In this document: positions 53,641 through 63,268 of the stretch, piece by piece
How the letters are laid out: each line of letters starts with the position of its first letter
Numbering within the stretch: the first letter of the stretch is position 1
DNA from: Vulcanimicrobiales bacterium
GTDB taxonomy: Bacteria; Vulcanimicrobiota; Vulcanimicrobiia; Vulcanimicrobiales; Vulcanimicrobiaceae
Length of the DNA stretch: 64,000 nucleotides
Direction: 5' to 3'
Assembly (NCBI GenBank): GCA_038231455.1
Contig: JBBRLI010000007.1
Coordinates: forward strand, 64,001 to 128,000
Position numbers and translations under genes: made by a program
The notes under the pieces: model-generated
The model's input: only the letters and a program-made list of their open reading frames with translations
What the model was told of the DNA's origin: nothing
The model's database searches: none

Positions 53641-54981
53641 ATGGTACGCCGTACTAGCGCGCTGGTGTTTCTTTTTCTCCTCGCCGGATGTTCCGGCGGG
53701 GGCGGCGGCGCTGCGTCAACATATGTACCCGCGCCGGTCGCGCCTCCAATTGCGCCCCCGCGCACGCTCCAGTCGACGTTCAAACACGTCATCATGATCG
53801 TTCAAGAAAACCGCTCGGTCGACAACCTCTTTAATGGCTTCCCGGGCGCGGATACCGTCCCGTACGGCATCAACCACACGGGCGCCAAAGTCCCGCTCGT
53901 GCCGATCGGGCTTGGCGCCGGCGGCGATGTCGACCACAGCCATCGCGGTTGGCTCCGACAGTACAACAAAGGCAAGATGAACGGCTTCGATGCGACGACG
54001 AGCGGCACGTTCTTCCCGAACGTCCCCGAACATCCGGCCCCCGCGTATGGCATGGTTCCCCGAAGCGAATCGGCGCCGTACTGGGACATGGCCTCGCAAT
54101 ACACGTTTTCCGATCGATTCTTCCAAAGCAACAGTGGACCGAGCTTCCCCGCGCATTTGTATTTGATCGCCGGCGGATCGAAACTGGTCGCCGAAAACCC
54201 GACCGACTCCAAATGGAACTGCAATTCGACTGCAGGCGCAACGGCCGACGTGTTGGACTCGGTGAATACCGAGCTGTATACCGGCGCGACCAAACCGTGT
54301 AGCGAGGCGCAAACGCTCGGTGACGAACTCGATACCGCCAATCTTTCCTGGCGTTATTACGCGCCGACCAGCGATGCGACGTCCACCGGCGGAATCTGGT
54401 CGGCTTATGCCAGTATTCCGCACATTCGCTTCGGCGCCGATTGGGCGAGGAACGTCATCACCCCGGAAACGACCGTTCTCGACGATATCGCTGCAAAACG
54501 TCTCCCGACCGTCAGTTGGGTCGTGCCGAATTTTTCGAACAGCGATCATGCGGGCTTCGGCAGTTCGACCGGACCCGATTGGGTCGCAGCGGTCGTCAAC
54601 GCCGTTGGGACGAGCGCGTACTGGCAAGATACGGCGATCTTCGTCACCTGGGATGACTGGGGCGGCTGGTACGATCACGTGGCCCCGCCGCAGCTCGACT
54701 CGATGGGACTTGGCTTCCGCGTACCGATGATTGCGATCTCCGCCTATTCGCGCGCCCAATACGTCTCGCACACGCAGTACGAATTCGGAAGCCTCCTACG
54801 CTTTATTGAGGAAGACTTCCATCTGCCGACGCTCAGTAGTTCCGATGCGCGCGCCGCGACGCCGATCGAGCTCTTCAATTTCGCTGCGCCGGCGCGCGCT
54901 TTCGTCCCGATTGCAACGACGCATTCCGCGCAGTACTTCCGGCGCGAACAGGCCCGCGTAAATCGCGCGCCCGACGACTAA
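53641..54981 (+). CDS. Phosphoesterase / phospholipase C-family lipoprotein (copy 1)
   Basis: Lipobox LAGC; QENRSVDNLF, GPSFPAH, SDH, TWDDWGGWYDHV, GFRVP. Confidence 0.9.
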   Translation: MVRRTSALVFLFLLAGCSGGGGGAASTYVPAPVAPPIAPPRTLQSTFKHVIMIVQENRSVDNLFNGFPGADTVPYGINHTGAKVPLVPIGLGAGGDVDHSHRGWLRQYNKGKMNGFDATTSGTFFPNVPEHPAPAYGMVPRSESAPYWDMASQYTFSDRFFQSNSGPSFPAHLYLIAGGSKLVAENPTDSKWNCNSTAGATADVLDSVNTELYTGATKPCSEAQTLGDELDTANLSWRYYAPTSDATSTGGIWSAYASIPHIRFGADWARNVITPETTVLDDIAAKRLPTVSWVVPNFSNSDHAGFGSSTGPDWVAAVVNAVGTSAYWQDTAIFVTWDDWGGWYDHVAPPQLDSMGLGFRVPMIAISAYSRAQYVSHTQYEFGSLLRFIEEDFHLPTLSSSDARAATPIELFNFAAPARAFVPIATTHSAQYFRREQARVNRAPDD

Positions 54982-55065
54982 AAATAAAGAAGAAGGTACA
55001 ATGGGATTAGAGGTCTCTTAAACCTTCTAGCCCCTTTCTGGTTGGCGTGATACAACCAAGCCCTG

Positions 55066-56406
55066 ATGAAACGGACGGGACGGTTTATCTTTCTCCTCAC
55101 CGCAACGACGGCGGTGATGTCCGCCTGTGGCGGTGGCGGCGGCTCGACTTCGCCGATGTCGCTGCCCAGTGTGATGCCGAGCACACCGGCGCGTCCACCC
55201 GTATCAGCAAGCTCCGTTATCAAACATGTCGTTATCATCGTGCAAGAAAATCGTTCGTTCGATAACCTCTTCAACGGATTTCCGGGAGCCGATACGGCGC
55301 AAGGCGGCACGACGTCGACCGGCGCGTACATTCCGCTCGCGACGGTCGGCCTCGAAGACGGCGCCGATCCCAATCATCGCCGGTCGGATTTCGTTAATTC
55401 GTTTGATGGCGGCAAGATGGACGGCTTCGATAAAGTCGGCGTCTTCGGACCGTCGCGACCCTCCACGTACGTCTACGCAAAAGTGCCGCAAAGCGAAGTT
55501 CAACCGTATTGGGATTACGCGAAGAATTACGGTATCGCGGACCGGATGTTCCAATCATCGACGAGCGCGAGTTTCACGCAACATCAATATCTGATTGCCG
55601 GCCAATCCGCTGGGTTGACCGATGTTCCCTCGGCATTGCCTTGGGGATGCGACGCACCGGCCGGCACGACGACCGTCACCATCAACCCCGACGGATCGCT
55701 CGGCACCGGACCCTTTCCGTGCTTCTCGTATAAGACGATCGCCGACTCCCTCGATGCCAAAGGCATCTCCTGGGGCTATTATGCACCGGCGGTTAGCAGC
55801 GGCGATGTCGCCGGAAATATCTGGAGTGCGTTCGATGCGATTTCACCGGTGCGCTTCGGCGCCGACTGGACGCGCAACATCCATTCACCCGAAACGAACG
55901 TCCTGGGCGATATCACCGGCGGAACGTTGCCGAGCGTTTCGATCGTCATACCGGATTCCGCGAATTCGGATCACGCGCGCTTTAGCGCCGTAAACGGCCC
56001 GGCTTGGGTAAGTTCGATCGTGAGTGCGGTCGGCAATTCGAAATACTGGAACGATACGGCGATCTTCGTAACGTGGGACGACTGGGGCGGCTGGTACGAT
56101 CACGTTCCGCCGATTGCGATCGATGCGGAGGGACCGGGAATGCGCGTCCCGCTTCTGGCGATCTCGCCGTATGCAAAACACGGCTATATCTCGCACACGA
56201 TTTACGAAACGGCCAGCCTCACGCGCTTCGTTGAAGATGTCTTCGGCCTGGGAAATATGGGCCAGCGCGATGCAACCGCGCACAGTCCTGTCGATATGTT
56301 CGACTTCACGCAGACGGTGAAGCCGCTCGCTGCGGTTCGCACGACGAAGTCTATTCGCGACTTCCAGATGCAGCGTCCCTCCGGACTCGCACCCGACACG
56401 GACTAA
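55066..56406 (+). CDS. Phosphoesterase / phospholipase C-family lipoprotein (copy 2)
   Basis: Lipobox MSAC; QENRSFDNLF, SASFTQH, SDH, TWDDWGGWYDHV, GMRVP. Confidence 0.9.
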   Translation: MKRTGRFIFLLTATTAVMSACGGGGGSTSPMSLPSVMPSTPARPPVSASSVIKHVVIIVQENRSFDNLFNGFPGADTAQGGTTSTGAYIPLATVGLEDGADPNHRRSDFVNSFDGGKMDGFDKVGVFGPSRPSTYVYAKVPQSEVQPYWDYAKNYGIADRMFQSSTSASFTQHQYLIAGQSAGLTDVPSALPWGCDAPAGTTTVTINPDGSLGTGPFPCFSYKTIADSLDAKGISWGYYAPAVSSGDVAGNIWSAFDAISPVRFGADWTRNIHSPETNVLGDITGGTLPSVSIVIPDSANSDHARFSAVNGPAWVSSIVSAVGNSKYWNDTAIFVTWDDWGGWYDHVPPIAIDAEGPGMRVPLLAISPYAKHGYISHTIYETASLTRFVEDVFGLGNMGQRDATAHSPVDMFDFTQTVKPLAAVRTTKSIRDFQMQRPSGLAPDTD

Positions 56407-57743
56407 CCGGACGGTTTTGGTGGCAGCGTGCGCGCCGGGTTACCGACGACACGCTCGCCGTTTGCGACATCGCGAATAACAACGGCGCCAGCGCCGGTCA
56501 TGCCGCCATCGCCGATCGATACCGGCGCGACGAGCGATGAATTACTGCCGATGAACGCATCCGCACCGATCTCGGTGCGGTGCTTGTTTTTTCCATCGTA
56601 ATTGCACGTGATCGTTCCCGCTCCGATATTTGCGCGCTCGCCGACCGCGGCGTCGCCGAGGTAGGCGAGATGTCCGGCTTTGGCACCCGCGTGCATCGCG
56701 GTCTTTTTTAACTCGACGAAGTTGCCGATATGGACGCCTGCACCGATATCGTTCCCCCCGCGCAAGTGCGCGAAGGGTCCGATCGTCGTACGCGCGCCGA
56801 TCGTGGTTTCCGTCACGACGCTCTCGGTGATCCGCACGCTCTCCGCGATCTTCGACCAGGCGATTCGCGTGTTGGGTCCGATACTCGAACCGGCGCCGAT
56901 CGTTGTTTCGCCGCCGATCGTCGTGTTCGGAAAGATCGTCGTGTCGGCGCCAATCGTGAGATCCGGTTCTAAATACGTCGTCGCCGGATCGACGATCGTC
57001 ACACCGGCGCGCATGTGACCCTCGCACAGGCGGGCATTGAGGATCGCGCGTGCGGCAGCGAGTTCGACGCGGTCGTTGATGCCGAGCACGAGCCGGTGAT
57101 CGGCGGCAACAACCGGCACGACCCGCTCGCCACGGCCGAGCAGCAGCTCGACGGTATCGGTAAGATAGAGTTCTCTTTGCGCGTTGTCATCGCGCAGTTC
57201 GCCGATGACGGCGCGAAGTTTCGCCTCATCATAGGCATAGATACCGGCGTTCATCTCATCCAGAATCAGCTCGTCCGGCGTGCAGTCGCGCGCCTCGACG
57301 ATTTTGGCGACGCCGCCGCCGCTGCGCACGATCCGACCAAAATTCGAGGGGAGCGGCATGTGCGCGGTGACGAGTGCCAACGCTGCGCCGTCGTCGATTG
57401 CCGCGATGACCGAACGAAACGTCGGCGGATCGATGAGCGGCATATCGCCGTATGCGACGACGATGCTCCCACTGGATTTTTCGAGCGCCGCAAGTCCGAC
57501 TTGCACCGCGTGACCGGTACCGTGCTGCGGCTCTTGCAGAACGCCGCGAACGCCGAGGGCGGCAAGTGCCGGCTCGACTTCGCGATTCGTGACGACGACG
57601 ATATCGTCGACCCCGGCTTCGCGGAGCGCGCGCAACGTGTACCACAGCATCGGTCGCCCGCAGATTCCGTGCATCACCTTCGGCAGAGCACTTTTCATCC
57701 GCGTACCTTTGCCCGCAGCGAGCACGATCGCGCGTACGCTCAT
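56403..57743 (-). CDS. glmU: Bifunctional UDP-GlcNAc pyrophosphorylase / GlcN-1-P acetyltransferase
   Basis: LAAGKGTRMKS, GTGHAV, ELYLTD, GPFAHLR, GNFVE, GAGTITCNYDG. Confidence 0.97.
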   Translation of the reverse strand: MSVRAIVLAAGKGTRMKSALPKVMHGICGRPMLWYTLRALREAGVDDIVVVTNREVEPALAALGVRGVLQEPQHGTGHAVQVGLAALEKSSGSIVVAYGDMPLIDPPTFRSVIAAIDDGAALALVTAHMPLPSNFGRIVRSGGGVAKIVEARDCTPDELILDEMNAGIYAYDEAKLRAVIGELRDDNAQRELYLTDTVELLLGRGERVVPVVAADHRLVLGINDRVELAAARAILNARLCEGHMRAGVTIVDPATTYLEPDLTIGADTTIFPNTTIGGETTIGAGSSIGPNTRIAWSKIAESVRITESVVTETTIGARTTIGPFAHLRGGNDIGAGVHIGNFVELKKTAMHAGAKAGHLAYLGDAAVGERANIGAGTITCNYDGKNKHRTEIGADAFIGSNSSLVAPVSIGDGGMTGAGAVVIRDVANGERVVGNPARTLPPKPSG

Positions 57744-59218
57744 GCGAGCGCCTCCGCATGCGCGGCGAAGAACGCCTCGATCCGGCCGAGCGTGATCTTG
57801 GGACCTAAAAGCTCGATCGTCTCGAAGATTCCGGCCGATACGGCAACCCCGGTAACGGCGACGCGCAGGGGACCGATCATATCGCCGGCTTTGGTATTGT
57901 GCGCGGCTGCAGCGGCGCGGATCGCTGCTTCGAGATCAACGCGATTCCACGCGCCGGTATAGGCCCCAAGAGCATCGCCGACTTCGCGCAGTCGCGAGCG
58001 CGACTCAGACGTGCCGACGCGCTTCGCAACGGCTTCGTGCTGCCAGCCGATATTCGTCTCGGTTGTGAAGAAATAGTGCGAGGCCGCGGTGATTTCTGCA
58101 ATCGTTTTCGCCCGCTCGCGCAAGAGTTCGCAGACACCCGCTACGTGTGCCCGGTCCGTGCGAAGCCTTGCAGCATCCGGTGCGTCCGCCAAAAGCGCTG
58201 TGACTTCATCCACAAGCACATCGATCGGAGCGGTTTTAAGATACTCGCCGTTCATCCACGTCAGCTTAACCGTATCGAAGACGGCGCCGTGTTTCTGGAC
58301 GCGATCGAATTCGAAGAGTTCGACCATCTGATCGAGGGTCAGGAGCTCGCGATCCTCACCCGGCGACCAGCCGAGCAGTGCGAGAAAGTTGACGAGCCCC
58401 TGCGGAAGATAACCGAGCTTACGGTATTCGAACACGGCCGTGGCGCCGTCGCGCTTGGAGAGCTTCTTGCGCTCCGCATTCAGAATAATCGGCAAATGCG
58501 CGAAGTTCGGGATCGGAAGCCCGAGAGTCCGGTACAGCACGATTTGCTTTGGCGTATTCGCAAGGTGTTCTTCGCCGCGAATCACATGTGTGATCTGCAT
58601 TGCCGCGTCGTCGACAACGTTGGTGAAGTTGTAGAGCGGGTCGCCACCGGCTTTGGTGATGATGAAATCTTCGACTTCGCCCGGCGGAAAGGCGACGTCG
58701 CCGCGAATGAGATCGTGCACGTGATGCGTGGCCGTTTGATCCACCCGCATGCGCATGGCAGGCGATGTATCGAGGGACGATGTTTTCGAGGCGACTTCGG
58801 CAGCCGAAAGTTGGCTGCACGGGCAGCGTTTCGAGGTCTTCGGATCTTCCGGTTCGTCGTCGCTCGTCTCGTAATTTTCATCGATTCGCGTGCCGCAGAA
58901 ACAGGGATAGGTCGCTCCGAGCGCTGCGAGTTTCTCCGCTGCTTCTCGATAGAGATGCAGTCGCTCGCGCTGTGAATACGGCCCGAAGGGTCCGCCTTTG
59001 GTCGGACCTTCATCGTGTTCGAGACCGAGCCACGAAAGCGCGCGGAAGATCTCTTCGCGATACTCTGGTCGCTCGCGCGCGACGTCGGTGTCCTCAACGC
59101 GCAGAACGAACGTGCCGCCGTGTCGACGCGCGTAGAGCCAGTTGAAGAGCGCGGTGCGTGCACCGCCCACGTGAAGAAACCCCGTCGGTGACGGGGCGAA
59201 GCGAACGCGAACTGCCAT
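57740..59218 (-). CDS. gltX: Glutamate--tRNA ligase
   Basis: RFAPSPTGFLHVGG, THVIRGEEH, KLSKRDG, LALLGWS. Confidence 0.97.
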   Translation of the reverse strand: MAVRVRFAPSPTGFLHVGGARTALFNWLYARRHGGTFVLRVEDTDVARERPEYREEIFRALSWLGLEHDEGPTKGGPFGPYSQRERLHLYREAAEKLAALGATYPCFCGTRIDENYETSDDEPEDPKTSKRCPCSQLSAAEVASKTSSLDTSPAMRMRVDQTATHHVHDLIRGDVAFPPGEVEDFIITKAGGDPLYNFTNVVDDAAMQITHVIRGEEHLANTPKQIVLYRTLGLPIPNFAHLPIILNAERKKLSKRDGATAVFEYRKLGYLPQGLVNFLALLGWSPGEDRELLTLDQMVELFEFDRVQKHGAVFDTVKLTWMNGEYLKTAPIDVLVDEVTALLADAPDAARLRTDRAHVAGVCELLRERAKTIAEITAASHYFFTTETNIGWQHEAVAKRVGTSESRSRLREVGDALGAYTGAWNRVDLEAAIRAAAAAHNTKAGDMIGPLRVAVTGVAVSAGIFETIELLGPKITLGRIEAFFAAHAEALA

Positions 59219-59222
59219 CAGT

Positions 59223-59639
59223 TTAGCCGACCAGCTCGCGGCGCTTGCCGCATTCACGCTCGACGAACGTGATGATCTGCGAGAGCGGAGCCCCTGGCGT
59301 AAAAATCTCGCGAACGCCAAGCGCCTTGAGTTCGGCTGCATCGTCCGCCGGGATCGTCCCCCCGCCGAAGAACACGATGTCGGAGGCGCCTTGCGCTTTG
59401 AGCTGCTCGACGATGAGTGGGAAGAGCGTCATGTGCGCGCCCGAGAGAATCGAGAGCCCGATCCCGTCGGCGTCTTCTTGGATCGCCGTTTGCACGATTT
59501 GCTCGGGTGTTTGGAAGAGGCCGGTATAAATCACTTCCATGCCCGCGTCGCGCAGCGCCCGCGCGATGACTTTCGCACCGCGGTCGTGGCCGTCGAGACC
59601 GGCTTTGGCGACGATGATACGCAGCGGTCGGTCGGCCAC
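59223..59639 (-). CDS. Cobalamin-binding small subunit of an acyl-CoA mutase (IcmB-like)
   Basis: GLDGHDRGAKVIARALRDAGMEVIYTG, SILSGAH, GGGTIP. Confidence 0.93.
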   Translation of the reverse strand: MADRPLRIIVAKAGLDGHDRGAKVIARALRDAGMEVIYTGLFQTPEQIVQTAIQEDADGIGLSILSGAHMTLFPLIVEQLKAQGASDIVFFGGGTIPADDAAELKALGVREIFTPGAPLSQIITFVERECGKRRELVG

Positions 59640-59761
59640 TAGCGTCCGTCCTCACGCGCGCGGCTGAGTTCGAGCGCCTCGCGCAGCTTCGCGCGAACGA
59701 CTAAGAGCGTTCGGCGGACGTCGCGTGTGCGACGCTCGGTATCTTTGCGGCGTTTTCCCAT
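59639..59761 (-). CDS. 40-aa basic small ORF between the mutase subunits
   Basis: MGKRRKDTERRTRDVRRTLLVVRAKLREALELSRAREDGR*; starts 5 nt after the large-subunit stop; TAG overlaps the next GTG. Confidence 0.4.
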   Translation of the reverse strand: MGKRRKDTERRTRDVRRTLLVVRAKLREALELSRAREDGR

Positions 59762-59766
59762 AGCGA

Positions 59767-61470
59767 TTAAAATGCTGCTCTCTCCGTGTAGCGTCCGTAG
59801 ACTTCGACCATCGCATCGACGATCTCGCCTTCGGTCGCAAGGGCCTTGACTGCCGCGATGATGCGCGGCATGACGTTGTCCGATTCGTCGCGGCAGGCAC
59901 GCGTGAGTGCGCCCAGTGCCTCGGCGACGGCCGTGCCGTCGCGCGAGTCGCGTACCGACTGCACGGCGCGCGCTTGACCCTCTTCGATCTCGCGGCCGAT
60001 CTTCAGCAGGTCCATCGTCGCCTGCGACTCTTCTTTTTCGAACGCGTTGACGCCCACGATCACGCGGTCTTTGGTCTCGAGCGAGCGTTGGTAGCGATAC
60101 GATGCATCGGCGATTTCGCGCTGGAAGAAACCGGCTTCGATCGCTTCGATCACGCCGCCGAACTCCGCGATCTGGTCGAAGTACGCTTGCGCGCCGCGTT
60201 CCATCTCATCGGTGAGCGCTTCAATGAAGTACGAGCCACCGAGTGGATCGACGACGTTTGTGACGTTGGTCTCGTAGGCGAGGACCTGCTGCGTGCGAAG
60301 CGCGATCTCGACCGATTTTTCGCTCGGCAGTGCGAGCACTTCGTCCATGGAATTCGTGTGCAACGACTGCGTGCCGCCGAGCACCGCGGCCATCGCTTCG
60401 AACGCGACGCGTACGATATTATTTTCGGGCTGCTGAGCGGTTGCGCTGCAGCCGGCAGTCTGCGTGTGAAAGCGCAGCTGCCACGATTTGGGATCTTTTG
60501 CACCGTAGACGTCGCGCATGCGGCGGGCGTAGATGCGACGAGCGGCGCGAAACTTGCAGATCTCCTCGAAGAAATCGATATGCGAATTGAAGAAAAACGA
60601 GAGGCGCGGCGCAAACGAGTCGATATCCATGCCGGCCTTCATCGCCGCCTCGACGTACGCGAAGCCGTCGGCGAGTGTGAAGGCGAGTTCTTGCACGGCC
60701 GTCGAGCCGGCTTCGCGGATATGGTAACCGGAGATCGAGATGGTGTTCCACAGGGGCATCTCATCGCGACAGAACTTCATCATGTCGACGATCACGCGCA
60801 CGTGCGGACGCGGCGGAAAGATCCACTCTTTCTGTGCGATATACTCTTTGAGGATGTCGGCCTGCAGCGTGCCGCCGAGTTTGACGCGCGGGATGCCTTT
60901 GTTTTCCGCCGCGACGATGTACTGCGCGAGCGCAATTGCGGCCGGGCCATTGATCGTCATCGACGTCGTAATCGTGCCCATGTCGATTCCCTCAAAGAGA
61001 ATCTCCATATCCCGGACCGAGTCGATCGCTACGCCGCACTTGCCAACTTCGCCGCGCGACTTCGGGGCGTCCGAATCGTAGCCCATGAGCGTGGGCATGT
61101 CGAAGGCAACCGAGAGCCCCGCTTGTCCTTGCGAGAGCAAAAAGTGGTAGCGTTCGTTCGTCTGACGCGCATTACCAAAGCCGGCGAATTGGCGCATCGT
61201 CCAGAGCCGGTCGCGATACATGTTGGCGTGGATGCCGCGCGTATACGGAAATTCGCCGGGGGTCGAGAGATCGCGTGCAACGTCGAGGTGCGCGACATCG
61301 CTTGGGCCGTACAGGGGTTTGAGCGGCAGATCGGAGATCGTGCGGTCGCCGGCACCCGATCCCGGACCCGTGCGGCCTTTGGACTTGGCCGACCGGTCTT
61401 TCCAGAGCGCTTGCTGCTCGACGAACTCCGGCGTCTCGGCGGGTCCAAGACCCGAAGGACGCTCGATCAT
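59767..61470 (-). CDS. Acyl-CoA mutase large subunit with isobutyryl-CoA mutase (IcmA)-type residues
   Basis: PGEFPYTRG, WTMRQFAGF, QADILKEYIAQKEW, ISGYHIREAG, QSLHTN, DPLGGS. Confidence 0.9.
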   Translation of the reverse strand: MIERPSGLGPAETPEFVEQQALWKDRSAKSKGRTGPGSGAGDRTISDLPLKPLYGPSDVAHLDVARDLSTPGEFPYTRGIHANMYRDRLWTMRQFAGFGNARQTNERYHFLLSQGQAGLSVAFDMPTLMGYDSDAPKSRGEVGKCGVAIDSVRDMEILFEGIDMGTITTSMTINGPAAIALAQYIVAAENKGIPRVKLGGTLQADILKEYIAQKEWIFPPRPHVRVIVDMMKFCRDEMPLWNTISISGYHIREAGSTAVQELAFTLADGFAYVEAAMKAGMDIDSFAPRLSFFFNSHIDFFEEICKFRAARRIYARRMRDVYGAKDPKSWQLRFHTQTAGCSATAQQPENNIVRVAFEAMAAVLGGTQSLHTNSMDEVLALPSEKSVEIALRTQQVLAYETNVTNVVDPLGGSYFIEALTDEMERGAQAYFDQIAEFGGVIEAIEAGFFQREIADASYRYQRSLETKDRVIVGVNAFEKEESQATMDLLKIGREIEEGQARAVQSVRDSRDGTAVAEALGALTRACRDESDNVMPRIIAAVKALATEGEIVDAMVEVYGRYTERAAF

Positions 61471-61575
61471 TTTAGCCACGGAAACCCCCAAGAAATCGAA
61501 AGCCCACATCGTTTCGACTGCCACCCCCGCTTTCCCTAAAAGGAGGCCATGTGCGACCTACTTTGCCTCGCAGAG

Positions 61576-62373
61576 CTATCGTTGGAGAAACGCCTCGACG
61601 GATTTGATGAAGCGCTCGAACGCCGTCCGCTGGAGGCTGTGGCCTTCGCCTTCGAACACTTCGATTGCAACGTTCGGGCCGCCGCGTTCCCGAACGAACG
61701 CCGCATCCGGTACGGCAACAACGGAGTCGACTTGATCTGCGAGCAGCAGCAAGAGGGGCAGCGGATAGTCGACCAGGTCGGGCCGCAAATCCCAATCGCC
61801 ATGGTCGACGCGATTGATCGCGCCGAGCTCGACGATCGGCTCGATCGACATGTTGCGCATCGCGTGGATCTTCGCGTCGATCTCGATCGGCGCGAGCGAT
61901 TTATAGAAGTCGCGAATCTTCGCCTCGCGATCGGCGATCGGCAAATCGAATACTGCGCGCAGATCGTCGACGAAATCACCGTACCACGTTCCCGGCGCCT
62001 GATGGATCATTGGATCGATCGCGATCACGCGCTGGGCGTCGATGCGCTTGCCGCCGCGTAACGCGACGGCGCCGCCCCATGAGTGTCCAAAAAAGCCCGC
62101 GATCGGTTCGCCGATCGTGCCTGCGACGGTTTCGAGATCGAGCAGACTTCGTTCGAGCGCCATCGGACCGCGGACATGCGCCGAATCGCCGTGCCCGCGC
62201 TGATCGTACGCGAACACGCGGTGCGTCGGCGCGAAGTGCAGCGCCATACGCTCCCACGACTTGCGCGAACTCGTAATGCCGTGGACGCCAAGCAATACCG
62301 GGCCGCGCGTCCCCCACTGTTCGAGTGTCGTTGCGGCGCCGTCATCAAAAGCAACGATCCGTTCGACGCTCAC
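61576..62373 (-). CDS. Alpha/beta hydrolase
   Basis: HGITSS, DQRGHGDS, GHSWGG, EGHS. Confidence 0.9.
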   Translation of the reverse strand: MSVERIVAFDDGAATTLEQWGTRGPVLLGVHGITSSRKSWERMALHFAPTHRVFAYDQRGHGDSAHVRGPMALERSLLDLETVAGTIGEPIAGFFGHSWGGAVALRGGKRIDAQRVIAIDPMIHQAPGTWYGDFVDDLRAVFDLPIADREAKIRDFYKSLAPIEIDAKIHAMRNMSIEPIVELGAINRVDHGDWDLRPDLVDYPLPLLLLLADQVDSVVAVPDAAFVRERGGPNVAIEVFEGEGHSLQRTAFERFIKSVEAFLQR

Positions 62374-63251
62374 ACCGGTCGCCGATCTTTGAACGTCAAT
62401 TCCGAGACGCCGCTCTTATCGAGTTCGCCGAGGCCGGCACTCACCATGGCGCTATATTGCGCGAGCGTAGCCGACGCGAGCGGCAACTCGAGTCCCTCGT
62501 CGTGCGCGAGCGCGAGTGCGATGCCGGAATCCTTTGCCGCATGCGCCGCCATGAAATACGCTTCGTGATCGCGTGCCTGCATGTCGGCACCGTCGGTTTC
62601 GAGCACGCGCGAATTCGCGCCGGTCTGCGAAAAGATCTCGCGTAGTAGCGTCAGATCGAGACCGAGCGCATCGCCCAGAGCGAGCGCTTCGGCAAGGCCG
62701 GCGGTATTGATATTCATGAGCATGTTGACGAGCGCTTTAACCTGCGCCGCCGACCCTGGACCACCGACGTATTTGAGGGCTTTACTCAATTTTTCGAGCA
62801 TCGGTCGCACGGTGAGGAACGCCGTCTCATCGCCCGCACAGATCAGGTAGAGCGAGCCGTCGCGCGCTTGCGGAATGGAACTTGCCATGCACGCTTCCAC
62901 GCTCGCCGATCCGTGCGATTTGGTCAGCGCGTGAACGTCGACGTGGACCGACGGCGTGATCGTCGCGCAGTTGATGTACATCTTCCCGGGAGCGAGCAGC
63001 GTGTCGCCGGACGTGCTGAAGATCGTTCGCATCGCAGCATCATCCGTTACGACCGTCACGATCGCGTCGCTCAGTGCCGCGACTTCGGCCAGCGTTGCGG
63101 GCGCTTGTGCGCCGAGTTCTTGCGCGAGCGCTTCGGCGCGAACGCGGTCGACGTCGTAAACCGCGGTCACGGTGTAGTCGACGTCTTTCAAGCGGCGCGC
63201 TATATTGGCGCCCATACGCCCCACGCCGACGACGGCGACAGTGGTACTCAT
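62370..63251 (-). CDS. NAD(P)-dependent beta-hydroxyacid dehydrogenase (3-hydroxyisobutyrate dehydrogenase family)
   Basis: VVGVGRMG, GSAAQVKALVN, AEAL..G, AAKD. Confidence 0.85.
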   Translation of the reverse strand: MSTTVAVVGVGRMGANIARRLKDVDYTVTAVYDVDRVRAEALAQELGAQAPATLAEVAALSDAIVTVVTDDAAMRTIFSTSGDTLLAPGKMYINCATITPSVHVDVHALTKSHGSASVEACMASSIPQARDGSLYLICAGDETAFLTVRPMLEKLSKALKYVGGPGSAAQVKALVNMLMNINTAGLAEALALGDALGLDLTLLREIFSQTGANSRVLETDGADMQARDHEAYFMAAHAAKDSGIALALAHDEGLELPLASATLAQYSAMVSAGLGELDKSGVSELTFKDRRPV

Positions 63252-63268
63252 CGGTGTATCTCCATAAA

